NCBI GenBank assembly: GCA_047285535.1
Contig: JBJBDC010000001.1
Span: forward strand, 256,136-320,135
Origin: Synechococcus sp.
GTDB lineage: Bacteria; Cyanobacteriota; Cyanobacteriia; PCC-6307; Cyanobiaceae
DNA length: 64,000 nt
Direction of reading: 5' to 3'
This document shows, piece after piece, positions 29,830-41,370 of this stretch. The notes below the pieces were generated by a model. It did not search any database and had not been told where the DNA came from. It was given only the letters and a program-made list of their open reading frames with translations. Position numbers and translations under genes: made by a program. Each line of letters opens with the position of its first letter. The stretch's first letter is position 1.

Positions 29830-30795
29830 ATGGCGCCCTTGGCTCTGCTTCCTGATGCGGACCTTGTGCGTTCGTATTTGCGTGATATTGGCCGAGTGCC
29901 GTTGTTGAGCCATCAACAGGAAATCACGCTGGGTCGCCAGGTGCAGGAGTTGATGGAACTTGAGTTGTTAGAAGCGGAATTGAAGGATCAATGTGGGGGT
30001 GAGGAGGTGCCACGAGAGGTGGTGGCCAAAGCTGCTGGAGTGAGTGCAGCGCAACTGAAGCGAAAACTGCAAGTGGGTCGACGTGCGAAAGAGCGGATGG
30101 TGGCGGCGAACCTGAGGCTGGTGGTGAGCGTGGCTAAGAAATACACGAAGAGAAATATGGAGCTGCTGGATTTAATCCAGGAGGGAACCATTGGTTTAGT
30201 GCGTGGTGTGGAGAAATTTGACCCCACGCGTGGGTACAAATTCAGCACCTATGCGTATTGGTGGATTCGTCAGGGAATCACGCGTGCGATTGCGGAGAAG
30301 AGCCGAACGATTCGCTTGCCGATTCACATCACAGAGATGTTGAACAAGCTGAAGAAAGGACAGCGTGAATTGAGTCAGGAGCTGGGACGAACACCATCGG
30401 TGACGGAACTGGCGTCGTTTGTGGAACTTCCAGAAGAGGAGGTGAAAGAACTGATGTGCCGTGCGCGCCAGCCGGTGAGTTTGGAGATGAAGGTGGGTGA
30501 TGGAGACGACACGGAATTGTTGGAGTTGCTGTCAGGAGATGCAGCACTGCCGTCGGAACAGGTGGAAGGGGAATGCTTAAAGGGAGATCTGGGAGATCTG
30601 TTGTGTCAGCTGCCTGAGTTGCAAGGGAAAGTGCTGCGGATGCGTTACGGGATGGACGGCGAGGAGCCGATGAGCCTCACAGGAATTGCCAAATCTATGA
30701 AAATGAGTCGTGATCGAACGCGAAGGCTTGAGCGCGAAGGCTTGGAGATGTTGCGCCGTGTGGATACACAGCTGCAGGCCTACATCTTGGCTTAA
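29830..30795 (+). CDS. Group-2 (RpoD-like) sigma-70 factor
   Basis: DLVRSYLRDIGRVPLL, ANLRLVVSVAKKY, DLIQEG, GYKFSTYAYWWIRQ; no region 1.1. Confidence 0.95.
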   Translation: MAPLALLPDADLVRSYLRDIGRVPLLSHQQEITLGRQVQELMELELLEAELKDQCGGEEVPREVVAKAAGVSAAQLKRKLQVGRRAKERMVAANLRLVVSVAKKYTKRNMELLDLIQEGTIGLVRGVEKFDPTRGYKFSTYAYWWIRQGITRAIAEKSRTIRLPIHITEMLNKLKKGQRELSQELGRTPSVTELASFVELPEEEVKELMCRARQPVSLEMKVGDGDDTELLELLSGDAALPSEQVEGECLKGDLGDLLCQLPELQGKVLRMRYGMDGEEPMSLTGIAKSMKMSRDRTRRLEREGLEMLRRVDTQLQAYILA

Positions 30796-31271
30796 AAGAA
30801 TTCGTCGAAGTTGTCAAAATCAACAGCTTTGAAATTACCTGACTCAACTTGAATCATTAACCGCTCGAGTTGTACCCATAGAGCTCCTCCAGTGAGCAGC
30901 GAAAGAAGCATGGCAACCAAATATCCAGCACCAGAAGCGAAGCCGAAGACTTGAAGAGATCCACCAATGAACAAGGTGATGCCTAGGAGTACTCCTGCAT
31001 AGCTCATCGTGGTTTCAGTTGTGCCAAGTGGCAACATCGCCAGTCTGTCTTGCTTCCAGCCCTCTAGGCGCATCTGTACGAGTCGTGAAAATGTGAGTCC
31101 GCACAAAACACCTATGGCCAGACCTAGACCTGCCATCAGATAGGGCGGTTGGCTCATAGGAATGGACTCAATCAAAATTTCACTGGGATCGAGATCCCCA
31201 AAAAATTGACTGAGGGCATCAAGGTCTGCTTGGTCCAGCTCGATTGGCATGAGTTCAGCGGCTAATCCCAT
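30792..31271 (-). CDS. Conserved cyanobacterial membrane protein
   Basis: QPPYL plus three TMs, C-terminal DFDNFDEFF; start uncertain. Confidence 0.75.
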   Translation of the reverse strand: MGLAAELMPIELDQADLDALSQFFGDLDPSEILIESIPMSQPPYLMAGLGLAIGVLCGLTFSRLVQMRLEGWKQDRLAMLPLGTTETTMSYAGVLLGITLFIGGSLQVFGFASGAGYLVAMLLSLLTGGALWVQLERLMIQVESGNFKAVDFDNFDEFF

Positions 31272-31312
31272 AACGATGAGGTACCTGGTGATGTGGAAAC
31301 GTTGGTGGGACC

Positions 31313-33025
31313 CTAAGCGGCAGCAAGCGGGTTCAGTTGCTGCAGCATTCGTCCAGCAATGCGCCGTGGGTTAAAGGTTCGTCCTAGAAGAGATGTGAGT
31401 GACCGAATGTCTTCGGTGCTGAGTCGATCGTCACGCACCAAGGTGAGAAGTAAGCGTCTGCGCAGGTCTGCGCCATCTTTACTAAGTAAGAGCCGCAGCC
31501 CTGCACCAGCAACCGGAATTAACTCAGCTCCGGGTGTTGGAGAATCACTTCCAATAACCTCGAGCAGGCTTTCCAGCCGTTCGAGACGCAAATGGCCATC
31601 TGTATCAAATAAGACTTCCAGGAGCTTTTCGCGCATTTCTCTGGTGTCTCCCGCGAGCAGGCGTTTTGCCACATAGGGATAGGCCACTGCAATGATTTTG
31701 AAGTCTTCATCCAGTCGAAGTGCCAGTCCTTCCTGGCTCACAACAGCTCGGATAATCAACGCAAAGCGAGCAGGAACACGGAACGGATAGTCATACATCA
31801 GTTCAGAGAATCGATCCGTAATGGCTTTGAAATTGAAGGTCCCTACGGAGTCACCCAGGCTTCCCCCTAACACCTCCTTTAGCGGTGGAATGATGGAATC
31901 CAGGTCTGCATTAGGAGCCAAGAAGCCCAATCTCTGGAAATCTTTTGCAAGTGCTGCAAAATCCTTATTGATGAGATGAACAACAGCTGCGGTGAGTGTT
32001 AAACGGTCACCATCGCTGATCGAGTCCATCATTCCGAAGTCGACGTAAGCGATATGGCCAAGGTCTCCAGTACGCCCCCTGAGTGCAAACAAGTTTCCTG
32101 GATGGGGATCCGCGTGGAAGTATCCATATTCAAGAAGTTGTTGCAGTCCACTGATCACACCAGTGCGAATCAGCGCCGATGGATTGAGACCTTGGGATTT
32201 CAATTCTTCACGGTCTCTAAGTTTGGTTCCGTGAATCCAGGACGTTGTCAGGACCCTTCGTGTTGATAACAACCGCTCTACTTTTGGAACCGTAACGGCC
32301 GGATTGTCCTGAAAAAGATTTGAAAAGTGTTCGGCATTGTCGGCTTCGCAGTAATAATCAATTTCTTCAAATAGACTCCTCCCGAATTCATCAATGATTT
32401 CTCCCAATCCGAACCCCAGGTTGAGAGGCAAAAAAGGAGCTGCCAATACTCCAAAAGTGCGAATGAGAACCATATCGCGCCGCAAAATGAACACGAGGTT
32501 CGGTCGTTGCACCTTCACTGCAACCCAGTGCTGCCCATGCAATCGGGCCCTATAGACCTGTCCGAGACTGGCTGCCGCAACTGGGGCGTCTGGAAATTCT
32601 TCAAAGAGCTCTTGCACGGGAGCACCGAGCTCGGCCTCGATTGTTTCCAGCGCAATCGCGTGACTAAATGACGGCAGATCATCCTGCAGCTTGGTGAGTT
32701 CATCGAGCCAGTCCCTGCGGATGAGATCTGGTCTTGTCGATAAGGCTTGCCCTAATTTGATGAAACACGGCCCCAGGTTGGTCAGGGTCTGAAGCAGAGT
32801 TTGCGCGAGTTTGCGCTGTACTTCAGAGTCTTTGCTCCTTCCATGAAGAAGCAAGCTGATCACCAATCCACTGAGTGCCCAGATGATCTGCAACACCCTT
32901 GGCACAGAGACCCAGGGCCTTAGAAGGAGCCAGCGGCCATCCCGGCCTGGCGCATAGCTCAGTGCTTCAACCCTGTCCTCTGTCAGCGTGTGGGAAGCCA
33001 AAGTGCTGCGCTCAGCCATGTCCAA
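31313..33025 (-). CDS. ABC1/AarF/UbiB atypical kinase
   Basis: LGPCFIKLGQALSTRPD, AAASLGQVYRA, VAVKVQRP, FHADPHPGN, DFGMM. Confidence 0.95.
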   Translation of the reverse strand: MDMAERSTLASHTLTEDRVEALSYAPGRDGRWLLLRPWVSVPRVLQIIWALSGLVISLLLHGRSKDSEVQRKLAQTLLQTLTNLGPCFIKLGQALSTRPDLIRRDWLDELTKLQDDLPSFSHAIALETIEAELGAPVQELFEEFPDAPVAAASLGQVYRARLHGQHWVAVKVQRPNLVFILRRDMVLIRTFGVLAAPFLPLNLGFGLGEIIDEFGRSLFEEIDYYCEADNAEHFSNLFQDNPAVTVPKVERLLSTRRVLTTSWIHGTKLRDREELKSQGLNPSALIRTGVISGLQQLLEYGYFHADPHPGNLFALRGRTGDLGHIAYVDFGMMDSISDGDRLTLTAAVVHLINKDFAALAKDFQRLGFLAPNADLDSIIPPLKEVLGGSLGDSVGTFNFKAITDRFSELMYDYPFRVPARFALIIRAVVSQEGLALRLDEDFKIIAVAYPYVAKRLLAGDTREMREKLLEVLFDTDGHLRLERLESLLEVIGSDSPTPGAELIPVAGAGLRLLLSKDGADLRRRLLLTLVRDDRLSTEDIRSLTSLLGRTFNPRRIAGRMLQQLNPLAAA

Positions 33026-33138
33026 CGCATGTTCCTGCTTTTAGAAATGAATCCTAGGCAGGTCTTCCCTTTCCCTTGTCTTTCATCCCACCACGGTGAG
33101 GGGATCGGTTTGGCTGGAATGCAGAACCGCAGGTCTTT

Positions 33139-34548
33139 ATGCAATCCCTGATTCCGCGACTTCGGCCGGATCGGAGGCAGTGTTTGCATTTGCCAGTGCA
33201 TGGAAGGGGGCAAGCATTGCCACCAGCATTGAAACGCTTGCTGAGACAGTCGCCTGGTAGTTGGGATTTGCCGGAACTTCCTGAGATCGGTGGGCCCCTG
33301 GAGACAGAGGGTGCTGTTGCTGAAGCTCAGGCACGTCTTGCTGCTTTGGTTGGAGTTAGAACTTGCTGGTTTGGAGTGAATGGTGCAACAGGCTTACTTC
33401 AAGCAGCGCTTTTGGCTTTGGCTGGCCCTGGTCAAGCAGTGTTGCTTCCGCGCAACGCCCATCGCAGCCTGATTGCTGGATGCGTGTTGGGAGGCATCCG
33501 ACCTGTGTTTTTACCAGTTCCTTTCCTCTCTGATCGTGGACATCCAGGCGCGATGTCTGAGTCTTTGCTGGATGGCGCGCTTAACAACCTGCCTGAACTG
33601 CCAGAGCCGATCGTTGCTGCCGTGCTCTTACATCCCACCTATCACGGGTATGCCATTGATCCAACGCCTCTGATTACTGCCTTGCATCGTCGTGGCTGGC
33701 CCGTGCTTGTGGATGAGGCACATGGCACCCACTTCGCTTTTGCTGGAGGGGAGATCCTTCCTCGATCGTCCCTGCGTGCAGGAGCCGATCTTGTCGTGCA
33801 TTCTTTGCATAAATCAGCTCCTGGTCTCGTGCAGACCGCGGTTCTCTGGCATCAGGGCGTCCGCGTGAGAGCTGATGCCGTGCAGGCTTCATTACTGAGG
33901 CTTCAGACCAGCAGTCCCAGCGCCTTGCTGCTGGCCTCTTGTGAGGCAACACTAAGCTGGATGTTGACTCCCTCATGGCAATGTTTGATGAGGAGACGAC
34001 TCAAGGACTCGCAAAGGCTGGCGTCTCGTCTTCTTGATGCAGGTCTTCCGTTGCGCAAGAGCGATGATCCTCTGCGTTTAATTCTGGTCACTGGTGCGGT
34101 GGGACTCAGTGGTCTGGTTGCCGATAAATGGTTCATGCAGAAGGGATTGATCGCCGAACTTCCTGAACCGTTTTGTTTGACTTTTTGCTTGGGGCTGGCC
34201 AAGCAGCTTGGTTTGGCTAATCGCATGCAACGGCTTTGGCGATTGCTCCAGCTTTCACATCCATTTCATGGTCCACTTGAACGGCTCATCTCGCCCCCCT
34301 TGGCGACCATTTCAACCCCTGAGTTCCTTCCTTCCTTGGCCGTTCGAGCACCAGCTTGCGAGCTTCCTCTTCACGACATTGTTGGCCGAATTTCTGCTGA
34401 AATGATCTGTCCATATCCACCAGGGATTCCATTGCTTATCCCAGGAGAAAGAATTGGATCAGACCGGTTGAATTGGTTGTTGGACCACCACCAGAGATGG
34501 CCGGAACTGGTGCCAGGTAAGGTAAAAGTTCTGGCTGAAGAGCCGTAG
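33139..34548 (+). CDS. Orn/Lys/Arg decarboxylase family PLP enzyme
   Basis: LHLPVHGRG, VNGAT, PRNAHRS, VDEAHG, HSLHKS, CPYPPGIP. Confidence 0.92.
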   Translation: MQSLIPRLRPDRRQCLHLPVHGRGQALPPALKRLLRQSPGSWDLPELPEIGGPLETEGAVAEAQARLAALVGVRTCWFGVNGATGLLQAALLALAGPGQAVLLPRNAHRSLIAGCVLGGIRPVFLPVPFLSDRGHPGAMSESLLDGALNNLPELPEPIVAAVLLHPTYHGYAIDPTPLITALHRRGWPVLVDEAHGTHFAFAGGEILPRSSLRAGADLVVHSLHKSAPGLVQTAVLWHQGVRVRADAVQASLLRLQTSSPSALLLASCEATLSWMLTPSWQCLMRRRLKDSQRLASRLLDAGLPLRKSDDPLRLILVTGAVGLSGLVADKWFMQKGLIAELPEPFCLTFCLGLAKQLGLANRMQRLWRLLQLSHPFHGPLERLISPPLATISTPEFLPSLAVRAPACELPLHDIVGRISAEMICPYPPGIPLLIPGERIGSDRLNWLLDHHQRWPELVPGKVKVLAEEP

Positions 34549-34559
34549 GTGCAACTGGG

Positions 34560-35480
34560 GTGATTTCGGACTCGGCAACTAGAAGTCAAGGCAAAACCAG
34601 GGGAGGTTTTGATCAAAAGCGTGTGCTGAGTGGATTGCTGGCTGGCGCTTTTGGTTTGCTTGTGGTGGGCCTTGGAGGGTGGTGGTTCACGCTCGCGTTG
34701 GGGGTCATTGTGCATCTGGGCTTGTTGGAATTTTTCCGTATGGCGCAGTCCAAAGGGATAAGACCTGCGACGAAAACAACGCTGGTGGCATGCCAACTCT
34801 TGCTGTTCAGTACGCAATGGGCCAATTCAGGGGGGCTACCTGCACTGCTGCCTGATGCTGTACTTCCACTGTCTGGTGCCGCAATCTGTGGCTGGCTTCT
34901 TCTCCAGCCCGTAACAGGATCGATTGCTGATATCGCCGCTTCAATTTTTGGGTTGTTTTATCTCGGGTTTCTTCCAAGTCATTGGTTGCGGCTTCGTAAT
35001 CTCATGAGCCCTGATGTGGCGCCAATCGTGCAACATTTCAGTGTTGATAATGCATGGCTTTCCTCCGGCTTACTGATTACTCTTGCGGCTTGTTTGATGG
35101 TGGTAGCCAGTGATATTGGTTCCTACATCATCGGTCGAAGCATGGGGCGTCATCCGTTGTCTCCGATTTCACCTGCAAAGACGATTGAGGGAGCCATTGG
35201 TGGAGCTTTGTGCTCCGTATTGGTCGGATCTTTGATGGCGAGTCTCATTGGTTGGACTATGGGTTGGCTTAGTGGGGGTGTGCTAGGGGCGCTGGTTGCC
35301 TTATTTGCTCTTGTTGGTGATTTGACGGAGTCGATGATGAAGCGTGATGCAGGTGTGAAAGATTCTGGAGACGCTCTTCCTGGTCATGGAGGAATTCTCG
35401 ATCGCATTGATAGTTATTTGTTTACACCGGCCGTAGTTTATTATTCTCTTGTTTTGGTGATCCCTTTCATTGAAAATTGA
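34560..35480 (+). CDS. cdsA: Phosphatidate cytidylyltransferase
   Basis: SPISPAKTIEG, GDLTESMMKRDAGVKDSG, LPGHGGILDRIDS. Confidence 0.97.
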   Translation: MISDSATRSQGKTRGGFDQKRVLSGLLAGAFGLLVVGLGGWWFTLALGVIVHLGLLEFFRMAQSKGIRPATKTTLVACQLLLFSTQWANSGGLPALLPDAVLPLSGAAICGWLLLQPVTGSIADIAASIFGLFYLGFLPSHWLRLRNLMSPDVAPIVQHFSVDNAWLSSGLLITLAACLMVVASDIGSYIIGRSMGRHPLSPISPAKTIEGAIGGALCSVLVGSLMASLIGWTMGWLSGGVLGALVALFALVGDLTESMMKRDAGVKDSGDALPGHGGILDRIDSYLFTPAVVYYSLVLVIPFIEN

Positions 35481-35483
35481 GTA

Positions 35484-36122
35484 TTAGGGGCTCACTATGG
35501 CCTTCCCTTGGATAATTAATTGTCCTGCCTTGAGGTGAGCATGCTGAATATGAATCCCGGAATCCATGGGAAGTAATAACGATTTTTTTGTTTCTAGATG
35601 GGTAATCTGAATCGTTCCTTTTGCTGCTTCGAGACTAAAGCGAGCTCGGACAGGATCCTGTGTGGAAACAACTTCGGCTTGTAATTCCAGTAAGTCGTCG
35701 TCAATGCTCAAGGAACGAAGAGGAGTAATCCCCATTAATTGCTCACTCAGGAGATCACCAAGCCAGCGCCAACGATCACTAGCTAATGCACGATTAATAT
35801 CGCATCCATTCAGTACAACTTCACCATCAATGTCGAAGGAATGGACAAGTTGAATCGGTTGCCCAGGATTTGAAGGATTGATGTGAGCTTGAAGTGCACC
35901 ACTTTTGAGTTCGGCCCGCAGAAGAGGGAGTTTCTGAAAACTTACTTTGCGGGCGGTCAATGAAACCCCATCGAGCTTGCCTCGCAGCAATTGAAGGGCT
36001 GATCCCTTGAGGCTTAACTTCAATTCACCGACTTGATCACATTGCCTTCGTATCCAGATCTGCAGACCGTTCGAGAGCAGATGAAGCAGTGGGCCAGAGC
36101 TAGATGCATTCATGGGATGCAT
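35484..36122 (-). CDS. DUF2993-like protein
   Basis: LSLKGSALQLLRGKLDGVSL; typical cyanobacterial context. Confidence 0.7.
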   Translation of the reverse strand: MHPMNASSSGPLLHLLSNGLQIWIRRQCDQVGELKLSLKGSALQLLRGKLDGVSLTARKVSFQKLPLLRAELKSGALQAHINPSNPGQPIQLVHSFDIDGEVVLNGCDINRALASDRWRWLGDLLSEQLMGITPLRSLSIDDDLLELQAEVVSTQDPVRARFSLEAAKGTIQITHLETKKSLLLPMDSGIHIQHAHLKAGQLIIQGKAIVSP

Positions 36123-36985
36123 TCTGACGTGCGCCAGCGTTCAGCTACCAATTCTGGTTGATCAAGATGGGGGAGATGCCCACAGTTGCCAACAATTTCA
36201 AGCTTATCTCCTAACAAGTGCTGGGCTGAATGTTTTTGGGGAGTTCGCAGAATTCGGTCCTGAGCACCCCAGAGCACATGCACTGGCTGAGAGGGAACTG
36301 GAGCCCCATAGCCAGCAAACCCTCCACTGCGGGCAAAGGCCGCTAAGGAACGACCCCATCCAGGAACCTTGAGATGGATGGATGCAATCTCAAGTTCAGG
36401 ATTCCCAACGTTGCTATCTGGATCTGCGAAGGCTTGTCTGCAAAGCCCTCGTCTCACGCTTGGCAGGCTTAAGAACCAAACCCCCAGTTGATCGAGTAAG
36501 TGGGGCACGGGCATTGGTTTGCCATCCAGTCCAGCTGGGGAAAGAAGCAGCAATCGATCAATGCGTTCGGGATGTCTCCTCGCCAATTCCATGGCAACAG
36601 AGCCACCCATGGATGCGCCGATTAAACCAATGGGTGTGTCCATGGCAAAGCTCTCCAGCAGAGCATCAAGATGCTTGAATACAGCAGCTGGCCCATAAGG
36701 ACTGTCTTTGGGTCTTGGGCAGAAACCGAAGCCGAAAAGATCGGGAATAATCAGTTGGTAGTGATCTTTCAATAGTGGGACTAAGCGACGAAATTCCAAA
36801 TTGGAACTGTCAAATCCGTGAAGCAGCAGCACCATAGGGCCGCTGCCTAATTGGATCACTGGATATTGGTTTGTTGGGCCATTCGTACAGGCGAGTTCTA
36901 ACCAGGTCAAGCCCTTGAGCTGCTCACGGGCCAATGGATCAAGAAGAGTGAACGCTGCGTTTTCGAGGATTTCTTTATGGATCAA
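36110..36985 (-). CDS. Alpha/beta fold hydrolase
   Basis: LLHGFDSS, GASMGG, CGHLPHLD. Confidence 0.92.
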   Translation of the reverse strand: MIHKEILENAAFTLLDPLAREQLKGLTWLELACTNGPTNQYPVIQLGSGPMVLLLHGFDSSNLEFRRLVPLLKDHYQLIIPDLFGFGFCPRPKDSPYGPAAVFKHLDALLESFAMDTPIGLIGASMGGSVAMELARRHPERIDRLLLLSPAGLDGKPMPVPHLLDQLGVWFLSLPSVRRGLCRQAFADPDSNVGNPELEIASIHLKVPGWGRSLAAFARSGGFAGYGAPVPSQPVHVLWGAQDRILRTPQKHSAQHLLGDKLEIVGNCGHLPHLDQPELVAERWRTSECIP

Positions 36986-38115
36986 GCGTCGGACTCCGAT
37001 GAAGCACTCATCGAGCGAATGTCAGAGTCGGTACTCACGAGGGCTTCAAGAAGATCGGTTTCTGTCACCTTGAATGGAAGATGATGTAGGTCTGATTCTT
37101 GACGGCAAGCGAAGCTACAGACCTTCCGTAATTCATGCAAGCCAGCACGACCTAGTCCCAGATCTTGCAGTGTGACGGGAATACCAAGTTCTTTCAGTAA
37201 GGGCAAAAGCTGTCGTCGAGCTTGAGCTGCTAATTGATTACCACAAAGGCGTTCTTCAAGGCGAAGTTGCACAAGAATACCGAAACCAACTTTCTCACCA
37301 TGTAAATTGCCGTGGCAGTCCTTCAATTGAGTCAGGCCGTTGTGCACTGCATGAGCCGCAACCGTTCTGCACTGGGCACCACCAAGGCCACCAATCACTC
37401 CTGCAGTCAGTCCGCAGGCTTCGGCAACTCTGACCCAGGCTTGACCCTCAGGATGAGCCATCGCCTCATGGGCATCAAGCAGGAGTTGGTCACGAAGAAT
37501 GCGAGCCATTTGAACGGCCTGCTGAATCATTCCATCTGAACTGGATCCGCTGCTCACCGAGGCTTCATACCATTTAGCGAGGGCATCGGCGATTCCACTC
37601 GCAAGGGTTCGAATTGGTGCTTGACGCACTAAAGAGTGGTCAAAGATCAGTAGGTTGGGGCAGGAATGCAGTGCTTCGTCGGAAATAAAAGCTCCATCTG
37701 AGGAGTAAATGTTGGCAAGAGCTGTCCACCCAGCACAAGTGGCAGCACTCAGCGGAACAGTGACACAAGGAACTTTGAGACGACACGCGATTAATTTTGC
37801 TGCATCTAAAACTTTCCCTCCGCCAGCTCCGATAACTCCATCACAACCACTCTTTGTGAGCTGTGTCTGAAGGCGTATGAGATCGATTTCGCAGCAGTCA
37901 AAGTGCAGTTGAGCATTCACAACATCGAGACCAAATGCTGTGAGATCCTTGGTTAAATCAGCACGAATTGATTCAGTCGCTGCGCTGCGACCCAAGAGTG
38001 CGGGCTTTTGACAAAGAGTAGAGATATGCGGGATTCCTCGAGCCCATGCTGATTCCCCCCGAATGACTCGGGAGGGAGCAATGGCATGGGTTTGGCAAGC
38101 CAAAGAGGTGGTCAT
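36982..38115 (-). CDS. gldA: Glycerol dehydrogenase-like (iron-containing ADH family)
   Basis: GAGGGKVLDAAK, GIADALAKWYE, AHAVHNGLT, HGEKVGFG. Confidence 0.85.
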   Translation of the reverse strand: MTTSLACQTHAIAPSRVIRGESAWARGIPHISTLCQKPALLGRSAATESIRADLTKDLTAFGLDVVNAQLHFDCCEIDLIRLQTQLTKSGCDGVIGAGGGKVLDAAKLIACRLKVPCVTVPLSAATCAGWTALANIYSSDGAFISDEALHSCPNLLIFDHSLVRQAPIRTLASGIADALAKWYEASVSSGSSSDGMIQQAVQMARILRDQLLLDAHEAMAHPEGQAWVRVAEACGLTAGVIGGLGGAQCRTVAAHAVHNGLTQLKDCHGNLHGEKVGFGILVQLRLEERLCGNQLAAQARRQLLPLLKELGIPVTLQDLGLGRAGLHELRKVCSFACRQESDLHHLPFKVTETDLLEALVSTDSDIRSMSASSESDA

Positions 38116-38123
38116 GCTTACTT

Positions 38124-40706
38124 TTAAACTCCAGCATTAGCCAATTGAGGCGTCACTGGGGTGGCGTTTTGGAGGTGGCGAACAACCACTTTTTTATCGC
38201 TGTCAATGTCCACTTCTGCGGAATCTCCTTCCTTAATCCGCCCGGTTAGAACTTCCTCTGCCAAGCTGTCTTCGAGAAGACGCATCACTGCTCGGCGTAG
38301 TGGTCTTGCACCATATGAGGGGTTGTATCCCTCTTCAACAAGCCGTTCCTTGAAAGCATTGGAGACACTCAGAGTAATGCCCTTTTCAGCAATTCGATCG
38401 AACACTTCTTTGAGCATGATATCTGCAATCTCCTTGACTTCTTCGCGGTTGAGTTGACGGAACACAATTATTTCATCCAGACGGTTGAGAAACTCTGGCC
38501 GGAAATACTGTTTAAGTTCTTCATTGACAAGAGAACGAATTCTGTTGTATTGATTTTCTTCTGCATTTTCACCAGAGAATTCAAAGCCGAGTCCACCGCC
38601 GCCTTTTTCAATGACTTTCGAGCCGATATTCGAGGTCATGATGATGAGTGTATTTTTGAAATCAACTGTCCTTCCTTTAGAGTCTGTTAGTCGACCATCT
38701 TCTAAAAGTTGTAGGAGGAGATTGAAGACGTCGGGATGCGCTTTCTCGATCTCATCAAAAAGAACAACCGTGTAGGGACGTCTCCTTACAGCTTCTGTGA
38801 GTTGTCCACCTTCATTGAAACCAACATATCCAGGAGGTGAACCGATCAGTTTGCTGACCGTATGTCGCTCCATAAATTCTGACATGTCTAGTCGGATCAT
38901 GGCTTCTTCGCTGCCGAAGAAGTAGGCGGCAAGTGATTTGGTGAGTTCAGTTTTTCCAACCCCAGTTGGCCCAGAGAAAATGAAACTTGCAATCGGACGA
39001 TTTGGATTTTTCAAGCCAACCCGAGCGCGGCGGATTGCTTTTGAAACTGCCTTGACAGCTTCGTCTTGTCCGATCAAACGTTGGTGGAGTGTTTCCTCCA
39101 TATTCAATAATTTGACGGATTCACTTTCGGTTAACTTCTGGACAGGAACTCCAGTCCATGAGGCCACAATGTGAGCAATGTCTTCTTCATCCACCACTGG
39201 AGTGGTGAGGGGTTGAGATTGAACCTCTGAACTTGATTCCGGATTTGAGAGTGATGCTTCGTTTTCAGACTGAGTGGAATCGTTGGCGTCTGAATTGCTT
39301 GCTTGAGTTTCTTCGCGGCTGTTTTGCAGCAAAGAACGTATTTTTTCACGCAGCTCGACTTCTTTGTCTCGAAGTTCTCCTGCTCGACTGAAATCTTGAT
39401 CACGTACGGCATCTTCTTTTTCTTTTTGGACGGCACGGAGTTCTTTATCAACTTCCTTTGCCGCAGGGGGGAGTTTGGAATTAAGCAAACGAACCCTGCT
39501 TCCGGCTTCGTCAATCAAGTCAATGGCTTTGTCGGGAAGGAATCGATCCGAGATGTAGCGATCTCCTAAGTTGGCCGCCGCATCAAGGGCAGCGTCAGTG
39601 ATTTTAAGACGATGGTGTTGTTCATAACGTTCGCGCAACCCTCTTAGGATTTCAATGGTGTCTGCAATCGAAGGCTCGCCGACCATGACCGGTTGGAAGC
39701 GCCGTTCCAATGCAGCATCACGTTCGATGTGTTTGCGGTATTCGTCGAGAGTGGTGGCTCCGATGCATTGGAGCTCTCCGCGGGCCAAAGCTGGTTTAAG
39801 AATGTTCGCTGCATCGATGGCCCCTTCGGCCGCTCCAGCTCCGATCAATGTGTGAACTTCGTCGATCACCAAAATCACATTGCCTGCGGATTTAATCTCT
39901 TCCATGATCTTTTTAAGACGCTCCTCAAATTCACCTCGATATTTAGTGCCCGCTACAAGCAAACCAATGTCGAGTGTGAGAACACGTTTGTCTTCAAGAA
40001 TGTCAGGAATGTCTCCCTGTTGAATTCGCTGAGCTAAACCTTCCGCTATGGCTGTTTTGCCAACCCCTGGCTCACCAATAAGGACGGGATTGTTTTTTGT
40101 TCGTCGACCCAAGATCTGAATCACGCGATCAATTTCGTTGAGGCGGCCCACCACGGGATCTAATTTGGCCTCGGTGGCTAATTGAGTGAGATTGGTACCG
40201 AATTCATCGAGAGTTGGAGTTTTGGTTGAACCTTTGGCACCACCACCACCGCCTCCAGCTCCGACCTCAGCAGTTTCGCCGAGCATGCGGATGACCTGAG
40301 TTCGGACCTTGGCGAGATCCACTCCGAGATTTTCGAGGACTCGAGCCGCTACCCCTTCACCCTCGCGGATCAGACCTAACAGGAGGTGCTCCGTACCGAT
40401 GTAATTGTGACCCAATTGCCTTGCTTCTTCCAGTGAAAGCTCAAGGACTCGCTTGGCTCTAGGTGTAAATGGAATCTCTACTGCAACAAAGCCTGACCCT
40501 CGACCGATGATTTTTTCGACTTCGACTCGAGCATCCTTGAGGTTCACGCCCATCGACTTAAGAACCTTCGCGGCTACTCCAGTGCCCTCCCCGATCAAGC
40601 CGAGCAAAATCTGCTCAGTTCCAACAAAGTTATGGCCGAGGCGCCGGGCCTCTTCTTGGGCCAGCATGATCACCTTGATGGCCTTCTCAGTAAACCGCTC
40701 GAACAT
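38124..40706 (-). CDS. clpC: ATP-dependent Clp protease ATP-binding subunit ClpC
   Basis: [25 protein letters not shown]; two AAA modules ([16 protein letters not shown]). Confidence 0.98.
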   Translation of the reverse strand: MFERFTEKAIKVIMLAQEEARRLGHNFVGTEQILLGLIGEGTGVAAKVLKSMGVNLKDARVEVEKIIGRGSGFVAVEIPFTPRAKRVLELSLEEARQLGHNYIGTEHLLLGLIREGEGVAARVLENLGVDLAKVRTQVIRMLGETAEVGAGGGGGGAKGSTKTPTLDEFGTNLTQLATEAKLDPVVGRLNEIDRVIQILGRRTKNNPVLIGEPGVGKTAIAEGLAQRIQQGDIPDILEDKRVLTLDIGLLVAGTKYRGEFEERLKKIMEEIKSAGNVILVIDEVHTLIGAGAAEGAIDAANILKPALARGELQCIGATTLDEYRKHIERDAALERRFQPVMVGEPSIADTIEILRGLRERYEQHHRLKITDAALDAAANLGDRYISDRFLPDKAIDLIDEAGSRVRLLNSKLPPAAKEVDKELRAVQKEKEDAVRDQDFSRAGELRDKEVELREKIRSLLQNSREETQASNSDANDSTQSENEASLSNPESSSEVQSQPLTTPVVDEEDIAHIVASWTGVPVQKLTESESVKLLNMEETLHQRLIGQDEAVKAVSKAIRRARVGLKNPNRPIASFIFSGPTGVGKTELTKSLAAYFFGSEEAMIRLDMSEFMERHTVSKLIGSPPGYVGFNEGGQLTEAVRRRPYTVVLFDEIEKAHPDVFNLLLQLLEDGRLTDSKGRTVDFKNTLIIMTSNIGSKVIEKGGGGLGFEFSGENAEENQYNRIRSLVNEELKQYFRPEFLNRLDEIIVFRQLNREEVKEIADIMLKEVFDRIAEKGITLSVSNAFKERLVEEGYNPSYGARPLRRAVMRLLEDSLAEEVLTGRIKEGDSAEVDIDSDKKVVVRHLQNATPVTPQLANAGV

Positions 40707-40923
40707 CTAAAGGGCCTTAAATGGTTTGACCAAGCTATCAGGGATGAAGAGTTGTTGTGATCACTGGGAACATCCAGGCAGATCCCTGTACCGATTGGCG
40801 CTTACGCCACTAAAAAATGTTATTCAATAGTTGAAAATAGTGCGGGTTTCTGTTTGATCAGTGCGGATATCCCTACCGGCAACTGCCTTCATTGATCTAC
40901 TTCACTTTGATTTTTTCTGCATG

Positions 40924-41370
40924 TCAAGCTTGCATGTCAAGCGATTGAATCAAGGCGTCGTTGCCGTCTCGGTAGTACCGACTCCTGTGTCCAACTGTTT
41001 GGAAGCCCAATCCGGCATACAGAGCTCGTGCAGCAATGTTGCTCACAGCCACATCTAAAACGGCACGGTTTGCACCTTCCTGTGTTGCTAAAACCAGCAG
41101 CTCTTTCAAAATTATTCTCCCAAGTCCGTTTCGACGTTGCTCCGGTCGCACAGCTATGACAGTGATTTGGAGCTCGTCTAAAACAATCCAACCACTGGCC
41201 ATGGCCGATAAACGCCCTGCTTGATCGCCAATGCCGAGGCATATTCGCTTTGGATCCGAAAGCTCTCGCTCCCAATGATCAGCGCTCCATAGGCCATGCA
41301 GAGCTATGGCATCCAGTTCAAGGCATGCAAGGGCATGGGTCTGATTCAGTCTGATTGGTTTTGAGATCAG
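40924..41370 (-). CDS. rimI: RimI-like GNAT acetyltransferase
   Basis: IAVRPEQRRNGLG, SNIAARALY, RSRYYRDGNDAL; frame open to 41382 with homologue-like ACLELDAIALHGLWS upstream of the first ATG; start uncertain (CTG?). Confidence 0.8.
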   Translation of the reverse strand: MISKPIRLNQTHALACLELDAIALHGLWSADHWERELSDPKRICLGIGDQAGRLSAMASGWIVLDELQITVIAVRPEQRRNGLGRIILKELLVLATQEGANRAVLDVAVSNIAARALYAGLGFQTVGHRSRYYRDGNDALIQSLDMQA